DNA from: Octopus vulgaris
Lineage: Eukaryota
Assembly (NCBI GenBank): GCA_951406725.2
Contig: OX597820.1
Location: 13,330,001-13,394,000 of the forward strand
DNA: 64,000 nt
Reading direction: 5' to 3'
Shown in pieces: positions 11,009 through 27,400 of this stretch. Below the pieces are notes generated by a model. It saw nothing but the letters and a program-made list of their open reading frames with translations, searched no databases and was not told the origin of the DNA. Within the stretch, counting starts at the first letter, position 1. The number at the start of each line of letters is the position of its first letter. The translations under genes were made by a program, and so were the position numbers.

Positions 11009-12088
11009 AATACCCTTTTACTCTTTTACTTGTTTCAGTCATTTAACTGCGCCCATGCTGGAGCACTGCCTTTAGTCGAGCAAATCGACCTCAGGACTTA
11101 TTCTTTGTAAGCCTAGTACTTAGTCTATCGCTCTCTTTTGCCGAACCGCTAAGTTATGGGGACGTAAACACACCAGCATCGGTAGTCAAGCGATGCTGGG
11201 GGGGGGGACAAATACAGACATACATACATATACATATATATATGACGGGCTTCTTTCAGTTTCCGTCTACCAAATCCACTCACAAGGCTTTGGTCGGACG
11301 GAGGCTATAGTAGAAGATACCTACCCAAGGTGCCATGCAGTGGGACTGAGCCCAGAACCATGTGGTTGGTAAGCAAGCAACTTACCACACAGCCACTCCT
11401 GTGCCTATTAAAAAAATTCGAGCTATAGAGGGTGTGTTTCTACTAGTGATATCTACTTTTAGACTTATCGGTTGATTTACATAACGTATACACCCACATA
11501 TAAATACCGTACTAGACTGCATATAAGACGCAATTTCGTTGCCAAAAGATGTCTCAAAATGTCACCCTAGATTCTCTATTCAACGCTGAGCTTCTCAGAA
11601 GCTCTGACGCTCTTAAAATGTTCCCATCTGAATACATGCTGTTGAAATCGAGGTGCGACAAATATACCCGTTCGTCTTCTATGCCACCGTCAAATAGCGT
11701 TCACACGTCAACGCCGTTCGACGCTTTTTCCATCTCAATATATACTCATGTGTGCTTCTGTTTGTGTTTGTATGTATTGCTTTATATTTCCATATCTCTC
11801 CCTATTTCACAATATTTTTTCCTCCGCTCTCTCGCTTTCGCTCAATTTCTCTCTCTCTCATTATTTCTTTCTCAAGATATAGAGAGAAAGACTGATGGAT
11901 AGGCTGAAAGAGAGAGAGAGATTGTTTATGTGTGTACAACCTATCATCTCCATTGCTCGTTTCCTAGTTACTCAACTTTTCTTCAAACATATTCTGATTA
12001 ATACACACAGCATTATAATCATGCTTGTATGTATATATATATATATAAATAAATAAACATACACAAATACACACACATACACACACAC

Positions 12089-12181
<93 letters not shown>

Positions 12182-12270
12182 CATACGTACATACATATGT
12201 ACTTATATGAATATATATGCATATATAGATTGATATATAGAAAGATAGATAGATAGATATATGTATTTGC

Positions 12271-12308
<38 letters not shown>

Positions 12309-12439
12309 TTGCATATATATATACATATATACATATATAAATCACATCCTAGACTTCGCATCACAAAGGTATCAAACGTACTCGCTTTCACAAGAGTATA
12401 CTAACTGTTGTGTGTATGTATATATATATGTGTATATGA

Positions 12440-12522
<83 letters not shown>

Positions 12523-13772
12523 GTCACTCATACACACATAAACACATCTAAACACCCTCCTCCTCACGCAGGAACGCGCACCCATACACCTCTAGAAAAT
12601 TCTCTCCGTTTCATTCATGCAATATATTAATTCGGCGTTTGAAGTCGTTTCGCATCAAATGATACTTGAAATAGCTTGCTTCTTTTATTTCAAGACTTAT
12701 TTTATCCATTCTTCTATGCAACCATTCTCTCCAGCTAATTTTACCCAACTTTTCACTTACCAACTTCATACTTCGAAATCGTTTCTCTCAAACTTTCATT
12801 CGTCCAGACAAATACAGGAAAATGTTCTTCATTCTTCCTCTTATCACTTGTTCTTCTTATTCTAATTTCTTTTTTGTCTTTACTCCTTCTTTTTATGTCC
12901 CTTTCACACCCTTTCTCTTCTCTCTCTCTCTCTATTTCTCTATCTATCTATCTCTCTCTCTCATATGTGTAGATATGCACACATGCATATCCACACGTAC
13001 ACCCATCTATATATATATATATATATATTCTTTCTATAAGGCGGCGAGCTGGCAGAAACGTTAGCACGCCGGGCGAAATGCTTAGCGGTATTTTGTTTGC
13101 CGCTACATTCTGAGTTCAAATTCCGCTGAGGTCGACTTTGCCTTTCATCCTTTCGGAGTCGATTAAATAACCACCAGTTACGCACTGGGGTCGATATAAT
13201 CGTCTTAATCCGTTTGTCTGTCCTTGTTTGTCCTCTCTGTGTTTAGCCCCTTGTGGGTAGTAAAGAAATAGTTATTTCGTCTGTCTTTACGTTCAAATTC
13301 CGTCGAGGTCGGCTTTGCCTTTCATCCTTTCGATGTCGATAAATTAAGTACCAGTTACGCACTGGGGTTGATATAATCGACTTAATCCGTTTGTCTGTCC
13401 TTGTTTGTCCCCTCTGAGTGTAGCCCCTTGTGGGCAGTAAAGAAAATTTTCTTTTTTTCCTATCATGACTGTATTAATTTAGTGAAGCTATTGTGGCTCA
13501 GGAGTGGTTTGACTTCTATTTTTAGCGAAACAGGTGCTTATTTAGTACCCTAGTATATATAAAATATCTATATATTTTATATTAATTTTGCCACTGACGT
13601 TATTCGTTTTATAAATAATCGTGGCACTCCGTCGATTACAACGTCAAGGGTCCCAGTTGATCCGATCAACGGAACACCCTGCTCGTGAAATTAACGTGCA
13701 AGTGAAATTAACCTGAAAGTGGCTGACCGCGAGTCCACTGCCCTAACCACTGTGCCATTGCGCCTCCTATTA

Positions 13773-13897
<125 letters not shown>

Positions 13898-14215
13898 TAT
13901 ATATATATATATATATTTCTTTACTGCCCAGAAGGGGCTAAACTGAGAGGAGACAAACAAGGACAGACGAAGGGATTGAGTCGATTATATTGCCCCCAGT
14001 GCGAAACTGGTACTTTATTTATCGACCCCGAAAGGATGAAAGGCAAAGTTGACCTCGGCGGAATTTGAACTCAGAACGTAACGACAGACGAAATACCGCT
14101 AAGCATTTCGCCCGGCGCGCTAACGTTTCTGCCAGCTCGCCGCCTTGGTGCACAAGTGTCTATGTGGTTAGAAGCTTGCTTCTCAACCACATGATTCCTA
14201 GTTAAGTTCTACTGC

Positions 14216-14216
<1 letters not shown>

Positions 14217-14260
<44 letters not shown>

Positions 14261-14607
14261 CATACATACATACATACATACATACATACATACATACATA
14301 CATACATACATACATACACATACATACATACATACATACATACATACATACATACATACATGCATACATACATACATACGTGCATGCATGCATACATACA
14401 TACATACATGCATGCATACATACATACATACATGCATGCATACATACATACATACATACATACATACATGCATACATACATACATACATACATACATGCA
14501 TACGTACATACATACATACATACATACATGCATGCATGCATACATACATACATACATACATACATACATACATACATACATACATACATACATACATGCA
14601 TGCATGC
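14217..14607. repeat. (TACA)n/(TGCA) microsatellite
   Basis: Direct reading. Confidence 0.95.
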
Positions 14608-15639
14608 AAATGAAGTGGCTTGCTATCGGGATGCAGACTTGGGCTTAATCAACCCTGGCTAGATCAACTGGCCAAAGGGGTCTGACCCGAAACTTGTCGA
14701 GGCCTTAGAAACATCATAAAATTAAAACTAAACATTCATATATATAGGCGCAATCAGGGCTGTGTAGCAAGATGCTTGCTTCCCAACCACATGGTTCCGG
14801 TTTCAGTCCCACTGCATGGCACCTTGGGTGAGTGTCGTCTGTTATAACCTCGGGCCGACCGAAGCCTTGTGAGTGAATTTGGTAAACGGAAACTGAAAGA
14901 AGCTCGTCGTATGTATATAAGTATATATCTAGCTGTGTGTGTCTTGGTGCTCGTGTTTGTCCTCGCCATCACTGCTTGACAACCGGTGTTGGCGTGTTCA
15001 CGCGTCCATAACTTAGAGCTTCGACAAACAAGATCGATAAAATCAGCACCAGGCTTTAGACGATCTACAAATATGTGTGTATGTGCGCGCGCATATTGCC
15101 CGCGTTTATGCGCCTGCGCTAGCAAATGTGCACATTTGCATTATATATATATACTTAAAATGCATCTATGTTTGCATGCAGTCCTGTATGCACATGCGTG
15201 TCGACATTAAGATACAACTGCAATTGCGTCGAATTGTAAAATTATATCGCAGACATGTTGACGCCAATAATTGCCGTGATTACTTTACTAAAACTAAATG
15301 ATATTTTAAGTTGCTATATCATATGAAGGAGAGAAACCATCGAAAACATTTCAGTTAGCCAGGCACGAACAAGTTATTTGGCTCTACGTTAAAGCAATTT
15401 GTTTGAATTAGTAAATATTCGATCGATAACTTATATAACATGAATGATTTATTTTTGTAGCATTACGGCAAATAAAAGAAGCAAAATGAGACGAACATAC
15501 ACTTAGTTTGATATGAAGGTGAACAGACTAAACTATCACAAATACATATACATATATACACCGGAATATTCCGTATACGATGACTCAAAAACATGTTTAT
15601 GACTACAGAAATATGTTCACATACTGACATATGCACAAA

Positions 15640-15701
<62 letters not shown>

Positions 15702-15848
15702 CAAAATAAGCAACAAGGATATCCAGAGGTAATGATGTTGTTGATGAAATATGTTCTTTGTCTATCTACTTATCTTCTTTGTGATTTTGGTTAATGGAAT
15801 AACTATAGAAATGAATCCTTTGAATTTAACTAAATTCTATATTTTTAG

Positions 15849-15934
15849 GCACCTGAAGATTGCTCTACATTTTAAAACTGATGTAATATTTGCATTGTTC
15901 AATTAAATAGAGTCGCATGAAACGATCGTACTGC
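15849..15934 (+). ncRNA. Type I hammerhead motif, canonical core, long stem II
   Basis: GCAC-CTGAAGA-TTGCTCTA...TAGAGTCGCAT-GAAAC-GATC-GTA-CTGC; palindromic ACGATCGT; stem I has a C.C mismatch next to the core. Confidence 0.65.
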
Positions 15935-16068
15935 GTTACCTCTGGATATCCTTGTAGCTTATTTCGATTGTAATCACCTCATTTTGAATTATATGAATAA
16001 TGCCATACTAAATTCTGGTGCCTTTAACTTAAGTACCATATTCAACTGAATCTAAATTTTACTGAACT

Positions 16069-16123
<55 letters not shown>

Positions 16124-16866
16124 GGGGTTATGAGAGGTAATGGTGTTAAGAAGCCCAAAGGTGTCAGGTAATACTGAGTATGTACTATGGACAGACTATA
16201 GTTAAGCTCCAGGTTCGGTGATTATGCGAATGCGGAGTCCATCGCTGGAACTGTAAAAGTCTGTAAAACTTTCCAGAAATTTATCATTTAAGTATATATG
16301 AGCATGTCTAGATATGCAACTATATGCATGAGAATACATACATAAAACATACAAATCTGCTCATACATACATACATACATACATACATACATACATACAT
16401 ACATACATACATACATACATACATACATACATACATACATACATACATACATACATACATAGAAAAATAACCTGTTGTTGGTGTTGAAATTTCAATGAAA
16501 GAGCCTTGGATCTAGGATAGAAACCGATCTTTCTCTATTAGCAAATCTTTGAAATATAACTGAACGTTGACATACGTACATAGGCGCCTACATGCATACA
16601 TAATACATATATATATAGGGCAACAATCTGAAAGAGCAAAGATTTTCAAACACTAACACAAGCTGAACAGATATATTCTATCAATGGAACAGTAAAAATA
16701 TGCAAGACATTCTTAAGTTTGATAAATAAAAATTATCGTGTTTGTTATCCAAATTCTAGCAATGAAGCTTTGTTTTTTTTTGGGGTGGGGGTGAGTTTCT
16801 TTTTTGCTAGCAGCCAGCTCCCTACTTCTGAGAAGAATACAATCAAACAAACAGACAAACAGATAA

Positions 16867-16905
<39 letters not shown>

Positions 16906-17648
16906 ATATGAGCTCGCTGCTTAGGGGAGCGGTGTACACCGAACAGAATCCGAACGATTCGAGTATAAACGAGATATCGTGTATAACCTGTTGCTGTGTA
17001 TACATACTCACATATATCCCTGTATGCGTGCAATCGTCTGAGTATGTGTGTGCGTGGGATGGTGTACGGTAACTTGCTGCCTGAATCACATACAAAAGTG
17101 AGTCGCTCCCATTCCGTTCAACCCCCACCGTATCAGTAAGCAGAGAGTGTATATTTTGATAACATACTTAATATAATATCCTTTATATTGTTTTCTTAAA
17201 GCTTTCCGAGATATCCGCTTCGGACGAATTACTATCTTATGGAATTTATATCCTTTCTAATATCCTATTTAATCTCTTTACTTTCTACTTCCTATATTAC
17301 GTAATCCATACTGGAGTTACGTAATCTCTCAAACATTTCCCTTCCAATTTTCCTAACAATGGAATGTGAGGCGTTTAGAAATTTACTGGATTTCTCGCTG
17401 CTGTGATATCCTCGAACCGGGCTTTTTCTGGGTTTTGCTTAAGAACACAACACATTGCCCTGTCCGAGAATCGAAACCACAATTTTACCACCATGAGTGC
17501 AACACCCCAACAACTAAGTCACGCGCCTCAACACACACAAACACATAGATACATACACGCAGGCACTCACATATATATACATATATATGTATCTATAAAT
17601 GCTCTAATATCTATACAGCCTTGGTTTTTTACCTCATTAGGCAAAAAA

Positions 17649-17700
<52 letters not shown>

Positions 17701-18491
17701 TACAAAAAATTCAGGGTGAATTTGATAACTGTAAGCACCTGTATATGCCAATTAGTGGTGTAAGTGATAGGGTATATTTATTCAAAAGAAAAACAGGATG
17801 CAAAGGATATAGAGGTACATATGTTTCTAGCTTTATTGGACAATTAAATTGTCCAATAAAGCCAGAAACATATGTACCGCTAAATCCTTTGCATCCTGTT
17901 TTCTCTTGATAAATATATATATATATATTTGTATAGTTTTCTTTTACACGCGGCATTTTTTACATGAACTCTTCTTCGTAGAGACTTAAATCCTTCGCAA
18001 AGTTAAAACAAGTTGTCTTCTCCTGATATAAACAGTGGACAAAAATGATTGGTAAATAGTTGGAACATTAATTGAAAGAACAGCCTTTGTAAAACTGCGT
18101 CGTTTGACGCATAGAACACGTAAATAAACGTGGACTTTGTAGCTAAACTGAGACAGCATACAGCAATGCAAAAAGAATACAAACTAAATACTCTAGCTCA
18201 TATACAATGGTTTAAATGGTAAATTTACATCTTGTATGTATATACTGTTTACTCTCCCTTTTGCTTGTTTCAGTCATTTGACTGTGGCCATGCTGGAGCA
18301 CCGCCTTTAGTCGAGCAAATCAACCCCAGGGCTTATTCTTTGTAAGCCTAGTACTTATTCTATCGGTCTCTTCTGCGGAGCTGCTAAGTTACTGGGACGT
18401 AAACACACCAGCATCGGTTGTTAAGCGATCTTTGGTGAGACAAACACACACACAAACATATACACACACACACATACACACACACACACAT

Positions 18492-18524
<33 letters not shown>

Positions 18525-19990
18525 CGATGGGCTTCTTACAGTTTACGTCTACCAAATCCACTCACAAGGCTCTGGTCGGCCCAAGGCTATAGTAGAAACA
18601 CTTGCCCAAGGTGCCACGCAGTGAGACTGAACTCGGAGCCATGTAGTTCGTAAGCAAGCTACTTACCACACACCCACATATAAAAACTTAATAAAGTATT
18701 ACCATTATTAAAAATCGCTATAATAATAAAGTGGCCAGCCTGTTTAACCTATATAGGCAAAATATATTTCTAGCAAGTCGTACCCCGGTATTCTAAATTA
18801 TTTGTATATTTTACCTATAGAGGCTAAACTTACTGGCCACCTTACTATTATTGTTATTTTTAATATTGGTAGTAATTATTAAATTTTATATTGTACTTAC
18901 TTTATGCTCGTTTTTGTATGTCGTGGGGGCACTCAAATGAACAAATGTACACGGTGTAATGAAATGAATATTGTGAAAAACAGATGAATACAGTAAGCTA
19001 ATTGTGATTGTACCCGCAAGAAACCTGTGGTGTTAGACTACTGAATTTTATTAAAAGAAGCTTTTGTGTTCACGATTTTGAAATTTCGTCATTCTAGTCC
19101 GTCAGTAATTACAAGTTTAGATCGCTATCTAGAAAAGAAAACATTCTTTAAGAAGGTAATAAGTGAAGGATTATTTATACAAGAAACAGAACTCAAAAAC
19201 AAAACAAAACAAAGAAATTTTAAAATGTGGAAAAGAGAAAATGAAACTTCTAAAGAAAGAAGTTTCACTCAGTGTTTTATTAAAATGCATTGGAGATAAC
19301 GGATGACAAGGATAGATGGCATTGCTAAAGAAGAAAGAAAACCGAGGGATCTTGGTAACAGAGGAACGGGCTCTAAGAGTAAACTGGCTCAAGAGGATGA
19401 TAGACCAAGTCTGTTCGCCGAAATCCAGGATGTGCAACGATACAGATGAGACCAGGGTTCATATTGCATTGGAGTATTTATAGCTTTGAAGGAATACAAA
19501 TGTTGTAGAAAGGTTAAGATTGCTGCAACAATATATTGAAAGTTTTGCAGGAAATTTCGCGTTTCAGGAACAGCAATAAAATCTATAACCAATCCCTTGA
19601 AAACAGTGAAGTAAGGTTGCTATGGGTTTTCCCTATACAAACAGAACTAAGAATAGAAAACAAAGGGCTGTCAAGTGAAGTCGCCGACAAAAAGAAATAA
19701 TGTAATGTAATTGACGTAGCATATTCATTTGACACCAGACTGTTAGAAAAGGGAAAAGAAATAATAGATTATTGCACCAGCTATGAGTATGAAATCCTCG
19801 AGTACTGGAACACAGTAGTTAACAAGGTCATAATGCTGCCAGTTATTACTAAAGCTTTGAAGACAACGATAAAAATCTGAGGACTAACATTAATGAGTTT
19901 GATCTTTACTTAAGTGTAAAAACCACGTCTATTAGACTCAGCAAATCGTAAAATGTAGTACATCTCCAGAATTAGAAGTTGTGCAGAGGC

Positions 19991-20031
<41 letters not shown>

Positions 20032-20035
20032 TAAA

Positions 20036-20119
<84 letters not shown>

Positions 20120-21125
20120 GATAATTCCTACCATTAGAATAAGGTTTAAAATTTAGGGAATAGGGGTTAGTCGATTCTAAACTGGCCCTTATTTTAAAGA
20201 TCCCGAAAAATTGAAAGGCAAATTTGACTTCTGCGGGATTTGAACTTACAATATAAACAGCCTGAGGAAACAACGCTGAGTTCTTTTGTTTGGCAGTCTG
20301 ACGATTCTACCAGATCGATGCCTTAATGATAATAATGAAGATGATGATAATGAAGATGATGAATGATGATGGTGAGGAGGAGGAGATGGAGGAGAGGGAG
20401 GAAGAGAGATTAGATTTATGCAAGTCAAAGAAAGAGGAGGAGCAAGGAGCAGAGATGAAGAGGCTGGATATTACAAGCAGCTAATATAATTATAATGATT
20501 AAAATGATTCGCAATATTAATGATGCCCGCCTCCACAACAATAACAGCAACAATACCAATATCTACAAAATAACTAGTGACAACAACAACAACAAAACGA
20601 CGACGACGATGACAACCAACAACAACAACAACAATAGCAAGATGAAAAACGATGGGGTAGAGGATACTAGTGGCGGCGGTTGACTAATAAATAGTCCCAC
20701 TTCGGCATTTAGACAGTGCCAAATAGTTTTATTGTTTGATGTTTGTGCATCATCATCATCATCATTATCATCATCATTATTTTTGTTGTTGTTGTTGTTG
20801 TTATTATTATTATTATTATTAATTTCCTTTCATTATAAATAAATCAAGACATCAACAACAGCAGTATTCCTGAGAATCGGTCTGTTGTAATTTCTATGTT
20901 CCGTCTGGTTATATATGTGATGGTGTGTGTGTTTATATATACAGAAATATACATTACATACGTACATACATACATACATACATACATACATACATACAAA
21001 CACAAACATATACATATATATTTATATATATATATATATACCAATATATATATATATATGCACATATATACACCTATACATGTATATATATATTTATATA
21101 TATATCAATATATATATGCACATAT

Positions 21126-21166
<41 letters not shown>

Positions 21167-21302
21167 TATATATATATGCATATATATCTATATACATATA
21201 TTATAATTATACGTATGTATATATGTATACAAATAAATATATGTATATATATATATATATACATATATAAATAAATATATATATATATACATACATACAT
21301 AC

Positions 21303-21352
<50 letters not shown>

Positions 21353-21944
21353 GTCAATGTGTTTTTGTGTAGGTGTATGGAAAGTTTTTGAAGATAACAA
21401 CGAGAAGCAGGAATAAGATCATTTCAATCTGTCTTTTGCCGAAGTTTCTTAGCATTTTCAGCTACCACTACCATCCAGCACTCTGCCACCAGCCATTACA
21501 TCTTTCTCTTATCACCACCACCACCGTGCAATGGCTACCTACCGCTAACATTTACACCGAAAATCTCTCCTACAGCATTCCTGTGCCAATGGGAGTACCT
21601 TTATGCGTGGGCACCATTCTTGATCTGCGACAGTACAGTCTTATAATCTTTCCATTTTTTTTATGAGATAGTCAGAGGAGAAACGGCGCCACCCATGCCA
21701 TCAGAGTACATTAATTTTATACTGTAACCCAGTAATTAGTCCACAGATGTTGTTTGGTGCTAGATGGAGTGCTGAGCTCCCTGTTCGAAAATATAACCCC
21801 ACAGATAGTGTGTCGTATGGCCAGCTAGAAACGATGTTTTACAACAGTAATATCATTCCTTTCGGGACACCTACATTGTGTTGGCAAATAGCTTTTACTT
21901 TAAAGAAATGTTACTGAGTATCTCGCTTTGAGAGATTTAGAAAC

Positions 21945-22921
<977 letters not shown>

Positions 22922-23050
22922 TGTTGTGTCTGGGGAGAACCATTTTCTTTTTGTGCTTTATAATGTAACACACTCACCGATTCTGAACTCATTTGTTTTC
23001 GTAGTTTGTATTGTTTACTATTGGTGACTCCCTGTACCCATATATGCATG

Positions 23051-23101
<51 letters not shown>

Positions 23102-23104
23102 GCA

Positions 23105-23148
<44 letters not shown>

Positions 23149-23150
<2 letters not shown>

Positions 23151-24147
23151 CTTAGAATAACTTAGAAAGGTTTTTGGCCAGTATTGGCCCAGGCCATGTC
23201 TAACTAAATAGCACCACCTGGCGAAGTCTTTCAGTTCAGGATTTGGGCACCAAGGCCCATTCGAGCAGAGAGTTATTGTTTGCGGAGACATATCCGGGTG
23301 TGGGTGGTTTGTCCGGTACTGTTTGAAGGAATTTGTCCAAAGACTTCTTGAATTTTGTGTGGTCAGTTTCTTTTTTGACGTGTCCTGGTGTAATGTTGAA
23401 GAGAGCGGGTCCAATTGAGGTGAAATAGTTGTGCCGTATTGTCGTTATGTGATGCGATTTAGATTTTTGTTGTGGACGGATGGCACGTGGTCCAAGCCTT
23501 GGATGCATTTTGAAGGTGATGCCAACATCATTCGGACAGTGCTGATGGAATATTTTCCACATCATACAGATAATGTAGCGTTCACGGCGTCGTTGGAGTG
23601 AATACAATTTCAGCTTCTCTAGTCTACCCCAGTAGTCAAGGTCTGACATGCCATCTATCTTTTTTGTGATTGACCTTTGGGGAGCTTCAATTCTCATAAT
23701 ATTTTGTTTTGTGTAGGGAGACCACAGTGGACAGCAGTATTCAAGGTGGGGTCGGGCAAAAGTGGAGAAGAGAAGGATAATAGCGTGGGAATCTCTCGAC
23801 TGGAAGGTTCTGAGAATCCAGGAACACATTCTGCGGGCCATGTCAACTTTACTGCTTATATGTGTAGCCCAGCTTATGTTGTTGTCCACTGTTACTCCCA
23901 GGTCTCTGATGTTGTTGGATGCCATGAGAATTTCTCCAGAAGGAAGAGAGTATGGGAGTTTCAGAGCGTCCTCCCTTCCAAAGTGGATCAGTTCGAATTT
24001 GTCTTCATTTAGCAACATGTTATTCTTTTCCGCCCATTGGACAACAGCCAGAAGGTCTGACTGAAGGTTTATTCGGTCATCCACGCCATTGATGACCTTC
24101 TGGAGCTTGGAATCATCAGCGAAGGTTCTGATGTTGCTGATGTTGCT
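23149..24147 (-). mobile_element. CR1-group LINE, 5'-truncated (RT C-terminus and 3' UTR)
   Basis: FADD at 24112-24123 in frame with ORF 23236-24084 (RDLGV, RPHLEYCCPLWSP, LYSLQRRRERY); open frame; short TTCTAAGTTA terminal repeats next to a TA array. Confidence 0.88.
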
Positions 24148-24381
24148 TGTATATATATATACAAGATAAGAAAATGGAGAAATACATCTAAATCAAATAT
24201 CAATTACCAGATAATACTCAATCACATACTTTATTAAACCACCACATAAGAGACTGCAGGGTTAAACATAAAAAAGCAGAACAAATCAGCGTACATAAAG
24301 GAATGTACATAAAAAAGTGTACATAAAAGAGTAATGTTGTATAATAAGTAGAATATATATAAAAAAGAGAATATCTCAATT

Positions 24382-24443
<62 letters not shown>

Positions 24444-27400
24444 TATATACATATATACATAGAGAGAGAGAGAGAGACAAACAGACGGACAAAGTGAGAG
24501 AGAGAGAAAGAGAGGTGGGGAGTCTTAGAGGCACCCAAGAGCCTCTGATACTTGTGGAGTTTTAAGGAAGTTGTCTTCATAATTGAGTCCTGGGCCGAAT
24601 GCTTACAACAGAGTAAACCCCGTTAAAAGCATCTGGATCGAAATAATTATGTCAAACTGCGTTGTAAATGGATTAAGTCTGACATCTGAGTTTTAAAGCT
24701 ATAGTACGTGGAAATTGTAGTTCTAGATATAACATGTGTGAATAAAAGATGAGTGTAGTAGTCATGGCTGGAATGTCTTTCTCTATCCATGCCTCTGTTC
24801 AGTTAGGATTGATTGGTCTATGGCTAAGCTATAAGCAATTACTACCCCATTTATAAGTCATAACATCTCACAACTCTCGAAAGACCTGGCCAAAATAGGT
24901 GTAACAGAACATGTTCTACTCACACGCGAGTTTATATCACTTAACCCGAGTAACAGTTTCACCTTTTGCCTGTCACAGGACGCGTTTCAGTGGCGTCCAT
25001 GCGTCATATAAGATACAAATTGTCAAGCTTTTTCAACCACCAGAATAACTTCGGATTTATGAAAGGAAAGATTTAAATTACTCAGAACCTATGAAAAGAA
25101 AGTTAACTAAGTTTTATCAACCAGCATAGCCGTTTAGTCCACACTTATGGAAATACTTTGGACAGGCAAAAGATAAAATCTACTGACTGATGTTTTACAA
25201 CAATTTGATACGTTGGGGCTTAAATTCCTAGATGTACTATACTTGGATAAAAGATGTGATGGTCACGGCTGGAATATCTATGGTCATATCTGCTCAGTTT
25301 ATCTTGTCAATATTCTTTTATTCTTTTATTTGTTTCAGTCATTTGACTGCGGCCATGCTGGAGGACCGCCTTTAGTCGAACAAATCGACCCCAGGACTTA
25401 TTCTTTGTAAGCCTAATACTTATTCTATCGGTCCATTTTGCCGAACCGCTAAGTTACGGGGACATAAACACACCAGCATCGGTTGTCAAGCGATTTGGGG
25501 GGTGGGGAGACACACACAAACATATACACTCACATACATATACATATACACATATATTCGACGGGCTTCTCTCAGTTTCCGTCTACCAAGGCTCCGTCTA
25601 TCACTCACAAGGCTTTGGCTGGCCCGATATGTACCAGTATTTGACTGGTACTTATTTTATCGACCCTGAAAAGATGAAAGGCAAAGTCGACCCCAGCGGA
25701 ATTTGAACTCCGAACGTAAGGATTGACAAAATTCCACTAAGAATTTTATCCGGCGCTGTAGCGATTCTACCAGTTCACCACCTTAGATACCAACTAATAT
25801 TGATACCGATACTCTCTCCTACAACATTTATGTATTTATGTACCAATGTCGGTACCTTTACGTGAGGACTCCTTTGTGTGAGGGTACCTCGTTCGATCAG
25901 CTACAAGCAGCAACTGAGTCTCATTTATACCACAGCCAACCACCCACCAATACTTGGAACCACATTCTCTACAATATTTCCCTCCTACACAATACACACT
26001 ATTTTATAGTCAATATTCCCGTAATGCGATTACCCCCACGTCCGACACTCAATCAAAATTCATCACCGAACATATCCACCATTTAACGCGATATAGATCA
26101 CCACCCTTCAGCCTCTCCCTAAAGCTATTATTGCCCCTCATCTTTGCCAACACCTACTAATAATGCTAGTACTCTCATTACCATCGTATGTACTCCCCAC
26201 CACGACCAAAATAATCATTTCTAGCACCAAACAACCAGTCAATACCATCAACTTTTCGCCGCCGTAACTATTTCCTACAACAGAATACGCCGCCATCTTC
26301 CATCACGTAAGAGCTATCATTAGTTACCACCGTCTGACACACTACCGCCGATATCCCTTAGACGAATATCCCAATTACCAGCACCACCACCACCAACACC
26401 ACCACCACCACCGCCATTATTATCGGTTCAACAACACGAACAATAACACAGAGCCTTTATAATTGATTGGTTCAATCCCTTCCGCCACCTTGTAATTATC
26501 GTCTCTAATAACTCGACTGTATTTTAAGAAACTATATTTCATTTAATATAAGCTTATTGAACCGGAGAGATAAAACAGTAAGAAGCAGTTCTTTCACTCT
26601 CTGTCTCCCTCTCTCCCGCTCTCTTTCTCCGACTTTTCTCTGTCTCTCTCTTTTTTCCTCTCTCGCACAGTTTTTCAGAGTATGCATATATATATATATA
26701 TCTTTCAATCAGGCTACCACGCTTTCTTTCATATATTTGCTCCTTTTTCTCTTCTTTCTCAATGTCTTTATTCCAGCCTACCTTTATTATTACTGTTCTT
26801 TATGTTTTTGATTTCGGTTCTCTCTCTCTCGCGCGCGCGCCTTCGTCCCCCACTTCTCTCTCTCTCGCGCTCTCTCTCTCTCTCTTTCTTTCTCTCCCCA
26901 CACAAACACAGACTATTTCAATATAGCTATCATTTATTCAATCTCTTCCCCTCATCTACGACTCTTTTATATGTATGCATATATATATATATATATATAT
27001 ATATACGTATGTGTGTGTATACATACACATACATATACATAGAGATACATATATATACATATACACATACATACACATATATATATACACACACATCTAA
27101 TTACTTTTCTCTTTTGCTTACTCTCTCCCCTTCTCTCTCTCCCTCTCTCCCTCTCTCTCTCTCATCTACATACTCTCTACATGTGTGTATGTGTGTAACT
27201 CTTTACATCACTCTTTTATCTCTCTACTTCTCTTCATCTACATTTCTTTTCTCTTTCTGTCAATCCTTTCGCCCCACCCCACCCACCTACAGACGCACAC
27301 CCACACACCCACCCACACACACACACACACACTCACACACTCACACACACACACACACACTCACACACACATCCGACATTCCTTCTTCCTTGCAATCCCG

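Noticed and set aside
10520-11740. Unique-looking patches at 10520-10740 and 11540-11735 as exons (also 41060-41260)
   Set aside because: No recognisable protein similarity or consistent acceptor-donor pair.
19310-19620. Possible highly decayed CR1-like RT fragment
   Set aside because: Only scattered motif echoes (RDLG, IY.K).
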